Shown: positions 1 to 13,214, numbered from the stretch's first letter. The stretch: 64,000 bases of DNA from Lama guanicoe (GCA_013239625.1 MU053065.1:1-64000); one strand, 5' to 3'. Made by a program: numbers and translations. The notes: generated by a model from the letters alone, not told the origin.

Positions 1-1167
1 CCCTCAACAGCCAGGCTTGTCTTGGGTCTTTGCTGTGGAAGATGTGCACCAGGGTGTCAAAACCGCCTTCCAGAGACCAGAGCGTGTCTTGAGTAGAATC
101 CTTCTTGTTTCCATAACCAGTGAATTTTTACTTTACAGTGCAAATCCAGTAAACATTCCTTATTTTGTTTTGTGCATTCCGCTTAAAAAGAATTGACCAC
201 AGGTGCCAAGAAGAAAACCTGGTCTCCTAGCCCACGTGCAAAGCCGCTATCACGGTCACTGGTTTTGCCAATGTTCATCGCGTGTTAGGTTTTGCTTCCG
301 TTGGCATAATTTCATGCCACAGTAGCCCAGTGAGGGATTCATGGCAAATGATACCCAGCAGTTTCAATTAGCGAAGATGCCAGATGTGTGGTGTCATAAA
401 ACTGGAACGGGAAGATACTAACCTTGTTCACAGAGCACCCTAGTTACCCAAAACATTATTTTAACATCTGTTCGAGTCACATTCATTAGCAGGCATTTGT
501 AGGATTGTGAATGGAATACTGATTTCCCAGGACGGGGCAATCGACAGTTGCTGGATTTGGAAACCAAATGGTTCCTGTTGTTGAGCGTGACAGTGTCACA
601 ATGTGGCTGCAAAGAAGGCTGCTCTGGTTTGACTAAGGGAAAGTGGAGCTGGCCTCAGGGTTCTCTAGAAATCTGGGAGGCTAGGCGGGACAGCTCGAGA
701 GGCCCGGCCTCTGCCCCTCACCTCCCGGCCCTCACCAGCCCGCCCCTCCATCGCCCTCTCTGCCCACCTTCTTGTCGCCCCACCCTGGTTTGGCTGCGTC
801 CATTCTCACCTGGGCGGACACGCAGCCCCCTGCCTGTCCTCCCTCTAGCCGCGTTCCCTCCAGTGGTTTCCCCACATCGCTCCTGCCTGCCTGAGTTTCC
901 TAACACGCACATCTGTTTTACTTCCCAGAGCAAGGTTACTCAGTGGCTCCCTGCTAGCCACCACGAGGCCACTGGAACTCTTGGGTTGGGTCTACCAGGC
1001 CCTCCGGTGCCTCTGCCCTCCCGTGGTGCCTCTTCTCCCTCTGTTCCCGTCCATACAGTACATTCCCTGTACACACCCTTCACATTTCTGCACGACTGCT
1101 TTGCTCCTTAAAGAGTCTGCTCCACCTGGCAGACCCAGGGGGGCTTCCCTGTGCTCCGACAGCACTT

Positions 1168-1325
1168 TGTAATGCCAACCAAAAATATAACGCAGGAGGC
1201 TGCAAATAAGAGGTTTATTTGGGGGCCTAAGAATTACAATTTGGAGGCACAGATTTGGATAACCCCAAAAGAGTGTTCGGGGGGAGAGAAAAAGTCAGGG
1301 GCTTACAAAGACAAAAAGCCACTAA
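1168..1325 (-). mobile_element. Probable ERV LTR fragment
   Basis: Begins tgtaa with a nearby tttatt (minus-strand poly(A) signal), LTR-like layout; no other end identified. Confidence 0.35.
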
Positions 1326-1354
1326 AGACTTAAACATAAGAATATAGCTCAGTG

Positions 1355-1467
1355 ACAATGAGTGTATATATGTCCATGAATGACTGAAAAATTGTGCTGA
1401 ACACTGGAATTTGACACAACATTGTAAAATGATTATAAATCAATAAAAAATGTTAAAAAAAAAAAAA
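1355..1467 (+). mobile_element. Short 5'-truncated young L1 3' end with poly(A) tail
   Basis: L1 3'UTR-like sequence, AATAAA and A-tail; perfect 17-bp TSD aagaatatagctcagtg at 1338-1354 and 1468-1484. Confidence 0.85.
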
Positions 1468-1600
1468 AAGAATATAGCTCAGTGGTAGACTGTGTGCTTA
1501 GCATGCATGAGGCCCTGGGTTCAATCCCCAGGACTGCTGTTTAAAAAAAAAAAAATCCCACGAAAAAACACTAATTACTCACCCCCGCAAAAAAGCATAA
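1468..1600 (+). mobile_element. tRNA-Ala-derived camelid SINE (Vic-1-like)
   Basis: tatagctcagtggtagac...gcttagcatgc...ggttcaatcccc (A and B boxes), A-rich tail, ctaattac motif. Confidence 0.85.
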
Positions 1601-1689
1601 AAATTAGAACAAAAATTTTAAAAACCTAGTGGGCCTGATATCTTCTTTGCAGGAAAAATTGAAAACAGACAAACAAACAAAATAGAACA

Positions 1690-3030
1690 CCACAAACCTC
1701 CTAGAAGAGAACACAGGCAGAACATTCTCTGACATAAATCACAGCAGTGCTCTCCCAGGGCAGGCTGCCCAGGCAACAGAAACAAGAGCAAAAATTAGCA
1801 AATGGGATCTAATTAAACTTACAAGATTTGCACAGCAAAAATACCGTACATAAAACGAAGACAACCTACAGACAGGGAGAAAATATTTGCAAATGATGCA
1901 ACTGACAAGGGTTTAATTTCCAGACAGAACATATGAACAGCTCAGGCAACTGAACAACAACACAAAAAACAATAAAAAATGGGCAAAAAAAAAAAGGGCC
2001 AAAGACCTAAATAGACATTTCTCCAATGAAGACATACAAATGGCCAATAGGCACATTTTAAAAACTGTTCAATATCGCTAATTATCAGAGAAATGGACAT
2101 CAAAAGTACAATGAGGTATCATACCACACCAGTCAGAATGGGCATCATTAAAATGTCCACAAACAATAAATGCTGGAGAGGGTGTGGAGAAAAGGGAGCC
2201 TCCTACACCGCTGGTGGGAATGAAGTTTGGTGCAGCCACTGTGGAAAACAGTACAGAGATTCTTTAAAAAGCTGAATACAGACTTACCATAAGATCCAGC
2301 AATTCTACTCCTGGGCATATATCTAGAGGAAACTCTAATTTGAAAAGACACATGCACCCCAATGTTCATTAGCAGCACTATTTACAATAGCCAAGACATG
2401 GAAGCAACTTTAATATCCATTGACAGATGAATGGATAAAAAGATTGTCATACATAAATGACACACACATATATATAACACACACATATATAACATATATA
2501 TAACACACATGTATATATACACATATGTATACACACATATCCTATTATCTATATATTTAATGGAGTAGTATTCAGCCATAAAAAAGAATAAAATAATGCC
2601 ATTTGTAGCAATATGGATGGACCTGGAGATCGTCATTCTAATTGAAGTAAGCCAGAAAGAGAAAGAAAAATACCATATGATATCACTCATATGTGGAATC
2701 TAAAAAAAAAGAAAGAAAAAATAGGACTCTAATGATCTCATCTACAAAAAAAATACTTGCAGACAAAGTAAACAATCTTATGGTTAACCAGGGAAAGAGG
2801 GTGAGAAGGGATAAATTTGGGAGTTTGAGATTTGCAAATGTTAACCACTATATATAAAAATAGATTTTAAAATTTCTTCTGCACAGCACAAGGAACTATA
2901 TTCAATATCTTATAATAACCTTTAATGAAAAAGAATATGAAAACTAATATGTGTATATATATTCATGATGGAGACATTATGTTGTACACCAGAAACTGAC
3001 ACATTGTAACTGACTTTACTTCAAAAAAAT
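1690..3030 (+). mobile_element. L1 LINE 3' portion (ORF2 C-terminus plus 3'UTR), with an internal TA/CA microsatellite at ~2450-2560
   Basis: ORF 2093..2275 [15 protein letters not shown]...[12 protein letters not shown] matches the L1 ORF2 C-terminus; typical 3'UTR; A-tail. Confidence 0.92.
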
Positions 3031-4051
3031 TCAGCTTAAGTTCACACAGCTTAAGAAAAGCGTATGGGGATCTCCAGTGATAAGAATGTTTCAGTTTTGA
3101 TGTAAACTTGCACCAAGAATTCTAATTCACATGCATTCATAGGTTGAGAGGTGATGACATATAATTCACTCTTGTGACAGTTCCTAACAAAAGTGATGAA
3201 AGTGATTTTTGTTGAATAAATTTTAGTCAAAGAAACCATCTGAAGAGATTGCCAAGAATCGTCCTTGTGTCAAGTTATTTGGTAATGACACACAAAGTGA
3301 TGGAAAAAAACATTCCTTACTCACTTGAGGCTGCCAAGGGGATTGGAAAAACACAAGAATCCTTTTTTTCATTAAGTTGTTTGAGTCTCTTTTTAGTTCA
3401 AAATTTTCTTGGCAAGATCTTTGGCTGAGTTCAAAACCCATGTGTTCAACTAACAAAAGGAATCAAGCACTCCATAGTCAGAGGGCCCCTCCCTGGGACC
3501 AGTTTTATGGCCACATGGACATTCTGCCTTGCCTGTGGACCTCAGCTTTGTAGGAATAAATTCAAGCTGTTTGGATGAGCAGTTGTAATTACAAAGTCAT
3601 CCAACCATGCAAGTTAACTCAGAGAATAAGAGGTATCTTTCAGAATGACTTTCTCCTCCTAATTTGGATGGACACTGGGGAAAACACAAAGCTTCAATGC
3701 GAAACAGAAGCTGTTTGGAATCACCGCCCATCTCTGCACAGAGCTGGACAAAGTTAAAAGGGAAAAACTCAACCATTTAAACAGCTTGATTCAATTCCTA
3801 AGTACTTCTCTTTATCTCCAGACATTTGAAGACTTCTCCAGATTCCTCCCAGTGCACAGATTTTAGATTTTACCTCTGAAATGATAGCTTGAACAGATGG
3901 AACAAGTCCTCCTGGCTTTAGCCCTAGCTGGGGTCACCACGTGGGCACTGATGTAACTGCTCACACCAGTGACCCGGATCCACTGTGTTACCCTCTCACA
4001 TGTGTAAAGAATTATGGTGAGCAAGTCAGTTACTGGCTATGTAAACTATGG

Positions 4052-4265
4052 CGTGTGGTGGACAGAACCATGACCCTCCAAAGATGTCCTCGTGCTCATC
4101 CCCAGAACCTGCGCATATGTTATATGGATAGAGAGACTCTGCAGATGCGATTAGGGTTAAGGACCTTAAAATAGGAGATTAAACTGGATTATCTGAGTGA
4201 ACCCAATCTAATCCCATGAGCCCTTAAAACTTGAGACCCTTTCTTGGCTGTGATCAGAGAGATGC
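4052..4265 (+). mobile_element. MaLR (MLT1-type) LTR 5' fragment
   Basis: tgtggtggacagaac...ccaaagatgtcc...cccagaacctg...gcagatgcgatta...ggattatctgagtgaacccaatctaatc. Confidence 0.7.
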
Positions 4266-5624
4266 AGCTTCATTTATTTGTATGAAACTTGACCAAAAGA
4301 GTATTTGACCCCTAATTGTTACCAAACAAGATAAAATAATGAAGCTGATGGTAATGATCACCCACTATGCCTCTGACTTAGCTTAAGAGGAAATAAGCCA
4401 GTTAAACCCGAAGTAACAGCTTTAGAGGGATGGACTGAGGATGGAGACTCCATTTTCTCTGTGAATGAGAACCTGTTCTGGCTGAGAGGACAGATGGCCA
4501 AGGAGGTTAGGAGCCTGGAGGAGGGTCAGGAGGATGGAGGTGGGAGCTGGGCAGAACAGGAAGCAGGAGACTGAGCGGAGCCGCAGATGCAGCTGAGGTG
4601 GGAAACCATGGGTGTGAGGCGTGGTCACATCGGTCAAGACAGGACGTGGTTCTACTTGACGCATCTGAGGCACGTGGCAACCGTGGATGTTTTACAGAGA
4701 TAATGAGACTTTGATGTACAGTGGTCGTGATGGCCCTGAAATTGTGGCTGATTGACTTTGTACTCTCCTGAGTCTTTCTATACCTCCTTGATGGGTGTGA
4801 GCAAAGCTTTACAATCCAAAACTGGTCTGCAGCCTGAAAAATGGCTGAAGAACTAAGAGGCTGGCCTGTGAGAAGGGATATTTACATGAAACCTCCCAGG
4901 ACCATGTCTGGAGTTGAGGTGAACGTAATCAGGAGTCCATGAATGAGACAAGGAAGATGGTGCCAGGTGTGGTAGATGGCAGGTGGTGTGGGTCTCAGTA
5001 GCTGGGAGATGCTGACAGCTTGAAGGCCCCTTGAGATGAGGAATGGAGGAAGAGAATAAATATTTCATTGTTAATGAATCAGAGACAAAGGAATGCTCCT
5101 TGGCTCTTATCTCTTGCTTCTAAAGTAGCAAAGAGAGAGAACAGTCCTAGAAGGGGAGACACTGGTGAGGTGGGTTTTTCAGTGGGTCCAGGTGGCCATA
5201 AAACACATGCTTCCCGGAATTTGCAGAAGTCCTGGGGAAGTCTTTGATAGTAAGCAAGGATGTGACCTAAAGTTATACTTTAAACACAGCTCAAAGCGCA
5301 GAGCAGGAATCCCCAGCTGACCTCTGGGGTACTGTCTAAGAGCAGGACATTTTCCACTTGGTAGTTCATTTCTAGTTCCATCCTGGTAAATAACCAACCG
5401 TTCCCTCTCTTTTTTCTGATTCTCTCACAGAATCTGTGCTAGATCATTTCTTCTATCTTTGACCTACTGTTTGTCACCAGAGGTTATCAAATACAGTGTA
5501 TGTTTTTCCTTCATCCTGGTGTTCTCTTTTTGAAACTGTTTTATGTCATTTCCTTTTTTTTTTCTTCTATTTTTGTAGCAGGTATGTCTCTCAGCCTATA
5601 ATTTAAGGGGTACAAGAAATACTA

Positions 5625-6195
5625 TTTTTGGAACATGCACCTCAATATTCAGAGCAGCACTATTTACAATAGCCAAAACATGGAAGCAACCTAAATATCC
5701 ACAAGATGACTGGATAAAGAAGTTGTGGCATATTTACACAATGGAATACTACTCAGCCATAAAAAAGAATGGAATATTGCTACTTGCAGCAACATGGATG
5801 GACCTGGAAATTGTCACACTAAGTGAAATAAGCCAGAAAAAGAAAAATATCATATGATATCAGTTATATATGGAAATAAACAGACAAAAAGACATATGAG
5901 CTTATTTACAAAAGAGAAACAGACTCACAGAAAACAAACTCATAGTTACCAAAGGAGAAGGGGGGAGGGATAAATTGGGAGGATCTGATTAACAGATGCA
6001 CACTACCATATATAAAACAGATAAACCAACAAGTTTCTACTGGGAACTACATTCAATATCTTGTAATACCTATAATGAAAAAGAATATGAAAAGGAATGT
6101 ATGTATGTTCATGTATGACTGAACTATTATGCTGTACACCAGAAACTGACCCAACATTGTAAACTGACTATATTTCAATTTAAAAAATGGGGGGA
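5625..6195 (+). mobile_element. L1 3' end fragment
   Basis: gcagcactatttacaatagccaaaacatggaagcaacctaaat...ggaatactactcagccataaaaaagaat...ctgtacaccagaaactgac. Confidence 0.9.
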
Positions 6196-6568
6196 AAAAA
6201 GACAAAGTGAGTCATGTAGCTGATGGAACTGAATACACACAGGGGACTTACAGTGGCCAGGTCCAAAAAGTCTATCAAAACACACATTTTTTCCTGTGTG
6301 TTAATATAATCTGGGAGGTGTATCCTTGAAGCCAAATAAATCCTGTTTCTCAACTTTTTACTTGATGGCTTTAGCATCCATTGATATCACATTGGAAGGT
6401 ACAAAGCAGTTATTTTCTATTTTATCATTCCTTCTACATTTATTAGCTGGCATTCAGTAAAGACAAAAACTCTTATTTTCCCTCTCTTTTCTGTATCTCT
6501 TCTGTGACTGTTACTATGAACTCTTGGAATTTTTAAGTTCAATATGTTATAATCCATAACCTTAAATC

Positions 6569-7012
6569 TGTAACAGAACGCAAGTCTGTGCCCGATGCAC
6601 AGTGAGACCAAAGGATACTGAAATGTCAGAGTTTGGAGCAAAGAAAAGTTTACTGCTGGGCTGAGAAAGGTGAATGGGTAGCTGGTGCCCCCAAGCCCCT
6701 AAACTCCCCAGAGGCTATCTGCTGAGCATTTTTAAAGGCCAGATGAGGGAGGGGCGTCCCAGGGTCTGATCAGCTGTGCACAGTTCTCTGACTGGTTGAT
6801 GATGATCAATCCTTGGGCACTAGGACATCTGGGGGCTCTGGGCTCTTGATCATCAAGTAGTTAATTTCTTCCATTGGGTGATTTTGAGCATCTTGAGCAC
6901 TCAGGAAATCTGCGTGAGATGCTATGATGTGGGTCCTACAGAGAGGAGCTGCCGCCGAGGGTCTGGGGGAGGGGTCAGTCCGGGAAGGCCTAAAGGGTTC
7001 TGCTTGGCTACA
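6569..7012 (-). mobile_element. Solo ERV LTR (~445 bp)
   Basis: TG...CA termini (tgtaacag / ttggctaca) and a minus-strand AGTAAA signal at ~6650; TSD not clean. Confidence 0.6.
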
Positions 7013-8344
7013 GTTCAATTTCCTTTTTTTCTTCTTAAAACTTTTTTCTTCCTCTCTTTCTTTCTTGGCTCAAATTGTCTCACATGTGGCTGTGGGATGT
7101 CCTTCACACTGACTTCTCTGTCCTTTGGACGTTACCTCACTACTTTCGATCCTTCCTTCTCTGGGGACAAGATTTCGATGCTGCATGTTCCCTTGGACTT
7201 TCCCTGACTTGGGTTCTGGAATCAGCCAGAGGCTTCCAAACTTCCAAAGATCACTAATTCTTTCTAATGGGCCATGGTATTTAGGAACTAGGAACTAGGC
7301 ATCAGCTACGTTCAGTGTTATATAGCATGTTGTCTTCAGCCCCTTTCTGTGGACACAGCTGAGTAGTAAACACACACACAATCATGAATTGATACTGATA
7401 TCAGCAGTCAAACCTGACAGGCACGATTCTCCTTCACTTTTTCCATTTCCTATCCAGGCATGTGATGGAATTTAGCTGGTGATAAAGACACCACGTCAAG
7501 TCGGTGAGGAAAATACGGTTCATTCAGTACTCTGGGGGACACTTGGCTATCAGTCTGAAACCAAATCCCTACTTAACACAAAACAGACTCCAGAAGAGTT
7601 GGTAAAAGGGGTACGAAAATATTAGAAAAACACTGGAGAAAAAAATGTATAATCTTGGGGACACAGGAAGCCCTTCTTCAGAAAGATGAAAGCCAGAAGT
7701 CACAAAGGACAGGCTGACAGCCTTGCTGGGGGAGCATCCTGCACAGCACCCCTGTAAGTGCGAGGAGCGAGGTCACCAAGTCCCACTCCCCATAGTCTCC
7801 AATTCTGAGACAGTGTCACCTTGTCTTCTGAACAGGAAGAGCATGTTTCAGTTTAAAACTGAATACCATCCAGTAACCAGCTGTCCGCTTGAGGGCCTTG
7901 ATGGAAGGTCAGGGACCAGAGGTTAGGTCCCAGACAACCACTTTACAGTGAGCAGAGCAAGACCCACACACACGCAGGCAGCGGGGTGAGAGCGTCCGGC
8001 AGGGCTCACCGGCTGTCCTTTTGCACCTTTGAAATCTTGCACCTTGTCCAGGCCTCGGCCACCTGCGCCAGCCTCTGCCTCTAGGAATTAGTTTTCTTTA
8101 CTGAGCCCATTCAGCTTCCCTGGGAGGGGAAGGGCGTGGGGTCCACCAAGGACACTTCTGTGGGGCTGACGGGTCCCCCAGTGGGCAGCACAGACTAAGG
8201 ACTGGAGATGTGGGACACATTCCAAAGACAGAAGGATGGAATTCTCCCTTTATGACCCTGCCAGGGGCAGCCCAGGGTTGAGGTGAGGTGATGGGTCCTT
8301 AGAACCACATGTCAACATGTGCCCTTCGTTCAAAAGTCTAAGGA

Positions 8345-9150
8345 CACAGGGTGGTTCTTCAATAGAGCGATCATGGAATTTCCATTTGAGGCAGCAATCC
8401 CACTTCTGGGGGTGATACACAGAGAAGAACCGAAACCAGAGGCTCTGGACACCAACGTTCATTATTCACAGCAGCCAAGTGATGGAAAAACCCAATGTCC
8501 ATTAACAGATGAATAAATAATCAAAATGTGGTGCATCCATACAATGGGATGTTATTTGGGCTTAGGAGGGAATGACCTTCGTGACACTCGAGGACATTAC
8601 ACTAAGCAAAATAAGCCAGACGCGAAAGGACTGTCTGATCCCTCTTACACGATGGTATGGACTGAGCTGCGTCTCATGTTGAAGCCCCAACCCCCAATGT
8701 CAGTATTTGGAGGAAGGGGGTCCTTATGAAGGCAACTCAGGTTAAATGAGGTCATAAGGGTGGGGCTCTTATCCAATAAGATTAGTGTTCTTTTAAAATG
8801 AGACACCAGGTCGTTCTCTTTCTGTCTCCCTCCCTCCCTCCTTCCATCTCTCACGCTCTGTCTCCCCTCCTTCTCTCTCCCTCTCCCTCACGGTGTATCT
8901 GGAGTAGTCAGAGTCACAGACATTGAGAAGTAGCCAAACAGTGGTACCAGGGGCTGGGGAAGGGGCTGGGGGTTCTCGTCTGATTGCTACAGAGCTTCAG
9001 TGCAGAATGAGGAGACGGTTCTAGAGCCGGGTGGTGCTGATGGTGGCACAACAATGTGAATGGACTGAATGCCACTGAACTTCTGCTTAAAGAATAGTTA
9101 AAATGGTAAATTTTATATTATGTGTATTTTACTACAATTTAAAAAGTAAA
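8345..9150 (+). mobile_element. Old L1M 3' end interrupted by an MLT1 LTR fragment
   Basis: gcagcaatcccacttctggg...aatgtccattaacagatgaat...; resumes at ~8890 and ends gttaaaatggtaaattttatattatgtgtattttactacaatttaaaaa. Confidence 0.75.
8652..8885 (+). mobile_element. MLT1-type LTR fragment nested in L1
   Basis: tggtatggactgag...gttgaagccccaacccccaatgt...gttaaatgaggtcataagggtggggc. Confidence 0.7.
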
Positions 9151-10649
9151 ATTTTTTAAAAAGTAAGAGGAAAAAGTCCAACAACCATGACACCGAAAGA
9201 ATCTAAGGAGCATCTTGTGGCCCTTCTGAAACCCTGATTCTGTACGGTCATCCCAGACCAAGGGGCCACCTCTCCCACCACCCTGCCGTGGACACGATGA
9301 AGACGCCTTCCTACCAGGGCCCCTGGGACGCACTCAGGTCAGCAGAAAACAAACTGGAGGGCATTTCAAGTTCTTTCTGAATGGGCTCTGGAGTTCCGCT
9401 GTCATTGCAGTAAAAAGTCTTCTCAAGAGAGAAAGAAACATTGAGAAGAAAAAATGTTGGCAGCTGGAGCCTGAATTAGCATTTTTGTCTCCAAAGACCG
9501 GAAAACACCTGGTCCCAGCAGACTTTCTATTGAATTGTATATGGCTTTCAAAAATAGACTAATTCTTAGCTGACTGGCAAGATTCAGTTATGTTTGGCTG
9601 TCTAACACAATTTCATCCAAGCTCAAGCAATCACACATTATTTTATTTATCTTTTTAGCAGGAAGAATATACAAAATTACTGTTATCGCTTTCCTAGGTC
9701 AAGTTATAGTTTTGATGGATCAGGAAGCTTATAACAGAGCAAAGCACGTGGTCTCAGAGAACAGGGGAGTCAGAGAGCGTGAGTCCAGGGCTCGGAACCA
9801 GGGAGCCCCACTTCTCTGAGCTGGTCCTGGGACCAGCGGTGTTAGCACACGCTCAGAGCTTGCGGGAAGTGCAGAACCTCCCACCTGACCCGAACCTTGT
9901 GATCCAAAATGCGCGTTTTATCCTCTGTGGGGTGACAGGGAGCTTAACACAGATGTTCTAGATTTAAAGCTTAAGCTCTGAAAATTCTTTTTTAAAAAGT
10001 TGAAAGATCTAGAAAATGCAAAAGCGATCCAGCAAACACCTATATTCCTGCCACTTAGAACCGTGAATGCTTCGCCATATTTGCTTTTAAGGCTTTTTTT
10101 TAAAGCAAACAAAAACTAGTCATAACTTAAATTCCCCCCCCCCATTTCATTCCAGTGCATCTCTTTTCGGATGTTTAGATGTTTAAATACCATATTTATA
10201 GATACACGTATCATCTTTATGTGTTTTTTAATTGGCATAAATGGTATCATATTGTAAGAAAAAAAAACTGCACAATTTAACAAGTCCCTAGGAACGCTTA
10301 TTAAAGCTTGAGAAGCTCTGCTCCAGGTCACTTGTCCTCAGAGGGTGGCCCTCAGACCTCCCTCCGCACAACTGCCTGGAAATACTGACTACAAATGCAT
10401 ATTCCTGGGTCCCGCCCAAGACCCGTGAGTACTCACATGATTCTTAGGCAAACGAGAGTGAGAGCCGTTTCTGCAGTTCTCCCCAGAAATAGCTTAGAAA
10501 GCTGCTCTGAGGATTCGGGTTCTCCTCCCGTCCCCCCACCCCCCTTTGCAGCCCCCTCCTTCGGGAACCTCGGACCAGGCCGTAGGTTTGGGGGTGGGGA
10601 GTGAAACTGTACCAGAGGGATTCCAGGTGGCTCTGCCTCCGGTTTGGAT

Positions 10650-10930
10650 GATTTTTTTTTTTTGATTGAAGTCTCGTGGGTTTACAACGTTGTGTTAGTT
10701 TCTGGTGCACAGCATAGTGATTCAGTTCTACGTGTAAGTGTTCTTTTTCATTGTAGGCTATTACAAGCTATAGGCTACAGATTCCCGTGCTCTACAGTAG
10801 GTCCTTGTTTATCTGTTTTATACACAGATAGGTTTGTATCTACAAAATCCCGAGCTCCCAATTTATCCTTCCCCACCCTCTTCCCTCCCTGGTAACCACG
10901 TGTGTTTTCTATACCTATGAGTCTGTTTGG
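10650..10930 (-). mobile_element. L1 3' end fragment
   Basis: poly-T then gattgaagt...tttacaacgttgtgttagtttctggtgcacagcatagtgattcagt. Confidence 0.85.
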
Positions 10931-10984
10931 ATGGCTTTTAAAGGACGTTTCTATCTTTCTTACTTCATTCTATCTCAGTTTCTG

Positions 10985-12430
10985 TCTCACGCATGTGCAC
11001 ACGCGGGCGCGCGCGAACAGACACACACACACACACACACACAGGCGCACAAAAATACTGAGATAAGAAACGGAGTCAAGAGAAGACCTTCGCACGTCAG
11101 TCTTGGAGGAATAAGCCTGGCCCTGAGGCTGAGACCTTCCACCCGCTTATCTCTGAGTTGCCGGAGCCTCCAGACTGGGCGTGGCCGTAACCGCCGCCTC
11201 CCTCCCGCTTTGCGCAGCGGTGTTGACGGCCGGGCGGCGGCTCCCTGCAAGGCCCGGCTCTGAGCACAGACCAGCGCGTGATGAGACCGAAGGGCCCCCC
11301 TCAGCGGGCAGTGGTGTCTGCCCCCGTCTGAGCGTCCGCGCCGCCCTGCTCCAGCCGGGCACGTGCAAGCGTCCTGGGGCCTCCGGGGCACACGCTCTCA
11401 GCTGACGCTGCAAAGTGGGCTTGTCATCAGGTCCTCCCGAGCCGGGCACAAGCTGAGAGCGAAATCTCAGCGGCCCGAGAGAAAGGCCAAGAGCCTGGGG
11501 TACAGGGCGGGCATGTGCACGAGGAAGGGGGGAAAGAAACGGTGAGAGGCGTCACTGGCTCCCTGGCTCTGAAGACCCACCTTGGGGGCCTGGGGTGAAA
11601 GCGCATCGTGGAGACGGCCCTCACCCCGCCCCCCAGCCGCCGTGGGGCCTGGATGAGGGTGACCAGAGGGGAACTGAACGCCGTGCCCGAGCGGGAACAG
11701 ACAGCATGCCTGTCCTGCCCGCGGTCCTGCCACCGAGGGCGCCGCGGGCCCAGCGTGCTGCGGTCCTGTGGGGAAGGAGGCCGTCGGAAGCACGTGGCTG
11801 CCGGCCGATCGGCAAGCTGCACCGGCCACGGGAGGCTCCTCGTCCCGCCGCGGTCCTTGGAATGTGCCGTCGCGACTCTTCCCGCGCCAGCATCCGCGGC
11901 AAGGACACAGCCGTGAGGGAGTGAGGTGTGGTGAGGCTCTCTGGGCTGGGCCCCGTTCAGGCCTGCAAATAAACGTTTGAAATGCTGGTGGGTGGGCGCG
12001 GGGATCCGCTTGCCTTTTGTTCCCCGCGCCCGGGACAAGTTGCCAAGCTTGTGGCCCTGCCACCTCCCCGCCTGGAGCGCGCGCCTCTCTCTTCGCGGCC
12101 CCTGGACCCCCAGCCCGGGGCCAGGTTCAGAGTTCGTCCGGGAAACTGTCCAGGTTGCGAACCAACGAAGTGCCGAGGAGTGGCTGTGAGGGACTCTCAG
12201 CGCGGTGCTCTCCCAGCTGTGTCTCTCTGCCTTCCCGGGAGAAGCCAGAAAACAGGGTCTACAAGAGCCGAGTCTTAGTCCTGCGTGTAACAGTGAGTTC
12301 TATGTCTGCAGCCAGGTGGCCGGCAGCACCGTAACTAAGAGCATGGGCGTCAGCAGCGGAGGTGGGTCCGGACTTGGCCTTTCTGCTTGCTCAGGAGCCA
12401 CGAGGCACCTGCCTTTCCGTCCCCGCGTCA
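10985..12430. promoter_or_regulatory. Intergenic CpG island-like region (possible enhancer or non-coding promoter)
   Basis: ~1.4 kb of visibly high GC and dense CpG; CACGTG E-boxes near 11360 and 11791; no recognisable protein in the overlapping ORFs. Confidence 0.6.
11020..11043. repeat. (CA)n microsatellite
   Basis: acacacacacacacacacacacaca. Confidence 0.95.
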
Positions 12431-12504
12431 GTACAATGTGGCCAATACTGTCTGAACTGTAGTGTTGTTGGAAGATTTAATGAGGTAATATGAGCAACGT
12501 TTGA

Positions 12505-12655
12505 TGTTTCTCAAACTTGAATGAGCCTTTGAATTGCCTGAGAATCTTGTTAAACTGCAGGTTCTGGTTCCGTGCTTCTTGGGAGCCGCCAAGAACCTGC
12601 GTTTCTGAGGAGTTCCCGGATGCAGCTGGTCCATGGACCACACTTCAAGCAGCAA
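12505..12655. mobile_element. MER5A-like hAT-Charlie DNA transposon
   Basis: gtttctcaaacttgaatgagc...cttgttaaactgcaggttctgg...gatgcagctggtccatggaccacactt. Confidence 0.75.
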
Positions 12656-13053
12656 GGAGGTCAGGTGCATACTTACCAAGTGGAAAGCTTTTTTCTTTTC
12701 TTTTTTTTTTTTAACGTTGTAAATTAAAAATTTGAAATAACTTTGTATTTGCAAAAACAAGTTGCCAAAAAAAAAATAGTGCAAAGAATTCCTAGAGACT
12801 CCGTACCCACTTCCCTCAGTGTTAACACCATATATGTCGTCTTGGTACAGTGATCAGAATAAGGACGTTTTAAGCTGAAATACAGTTGATGTACAATATC
12901 GTGTTAGTTTCAGGCGCACCACACAGTGACCTGACATTCGTGTAGATCATAAAGTGATTACCACTGCAAGTCCAGCAACCACTTCTGCACATACAGAGCG
13001 ACTACAGTATTACCAGATTCAAATACAAGGACATTAACGTTGAAGCAATACTA

Positions 13054-13214
13054 GGGGGAGGGTAGCCCGGGGTAAAGTGCATGCTTAGCATGCAAGAGGC
13101 CCTGGGTTCGGTCCCTGGTACCGCCATCAAAAATAGTGATAAATAAATAAATCTAATTACCTACCCCCCAACAAAAAAAGGACAACTTAAAGTTATTTAA
13201 ACAACAGAAGCAGC
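13054..13214 (+). mobile_element. tRNA-Ala-derived SINE
   Basis: gggggagggtagc...gcttagcatgc...; TSD agcaatacta at 13044-13053 and 13215-13224. Confidence 0.88.

Noticed and set aside
548..1111. 187-aa ORF on the plus strand
   Set aside because: Non-ATG start, low-complexity Pro/Ser/Leu content from C/T-rich sequence (probably a degraded L2), no recognisable homology.
3246..3420. Inverted repeat ttgccaagaa / ttcttggcaa ~150 bp apart
   Set aside because: Only 10 bp perfect, no TSD or internal similarity to a known MITE; compatible with chance.
10931..12462. Many overlapping 100-200 aa ORFs on both strands
   Set aside because: Expected stop-codon scarcity in GC-rich DNA; Arg/Pro/Gly/Ala-rich with no recognisable domain or exon structure.
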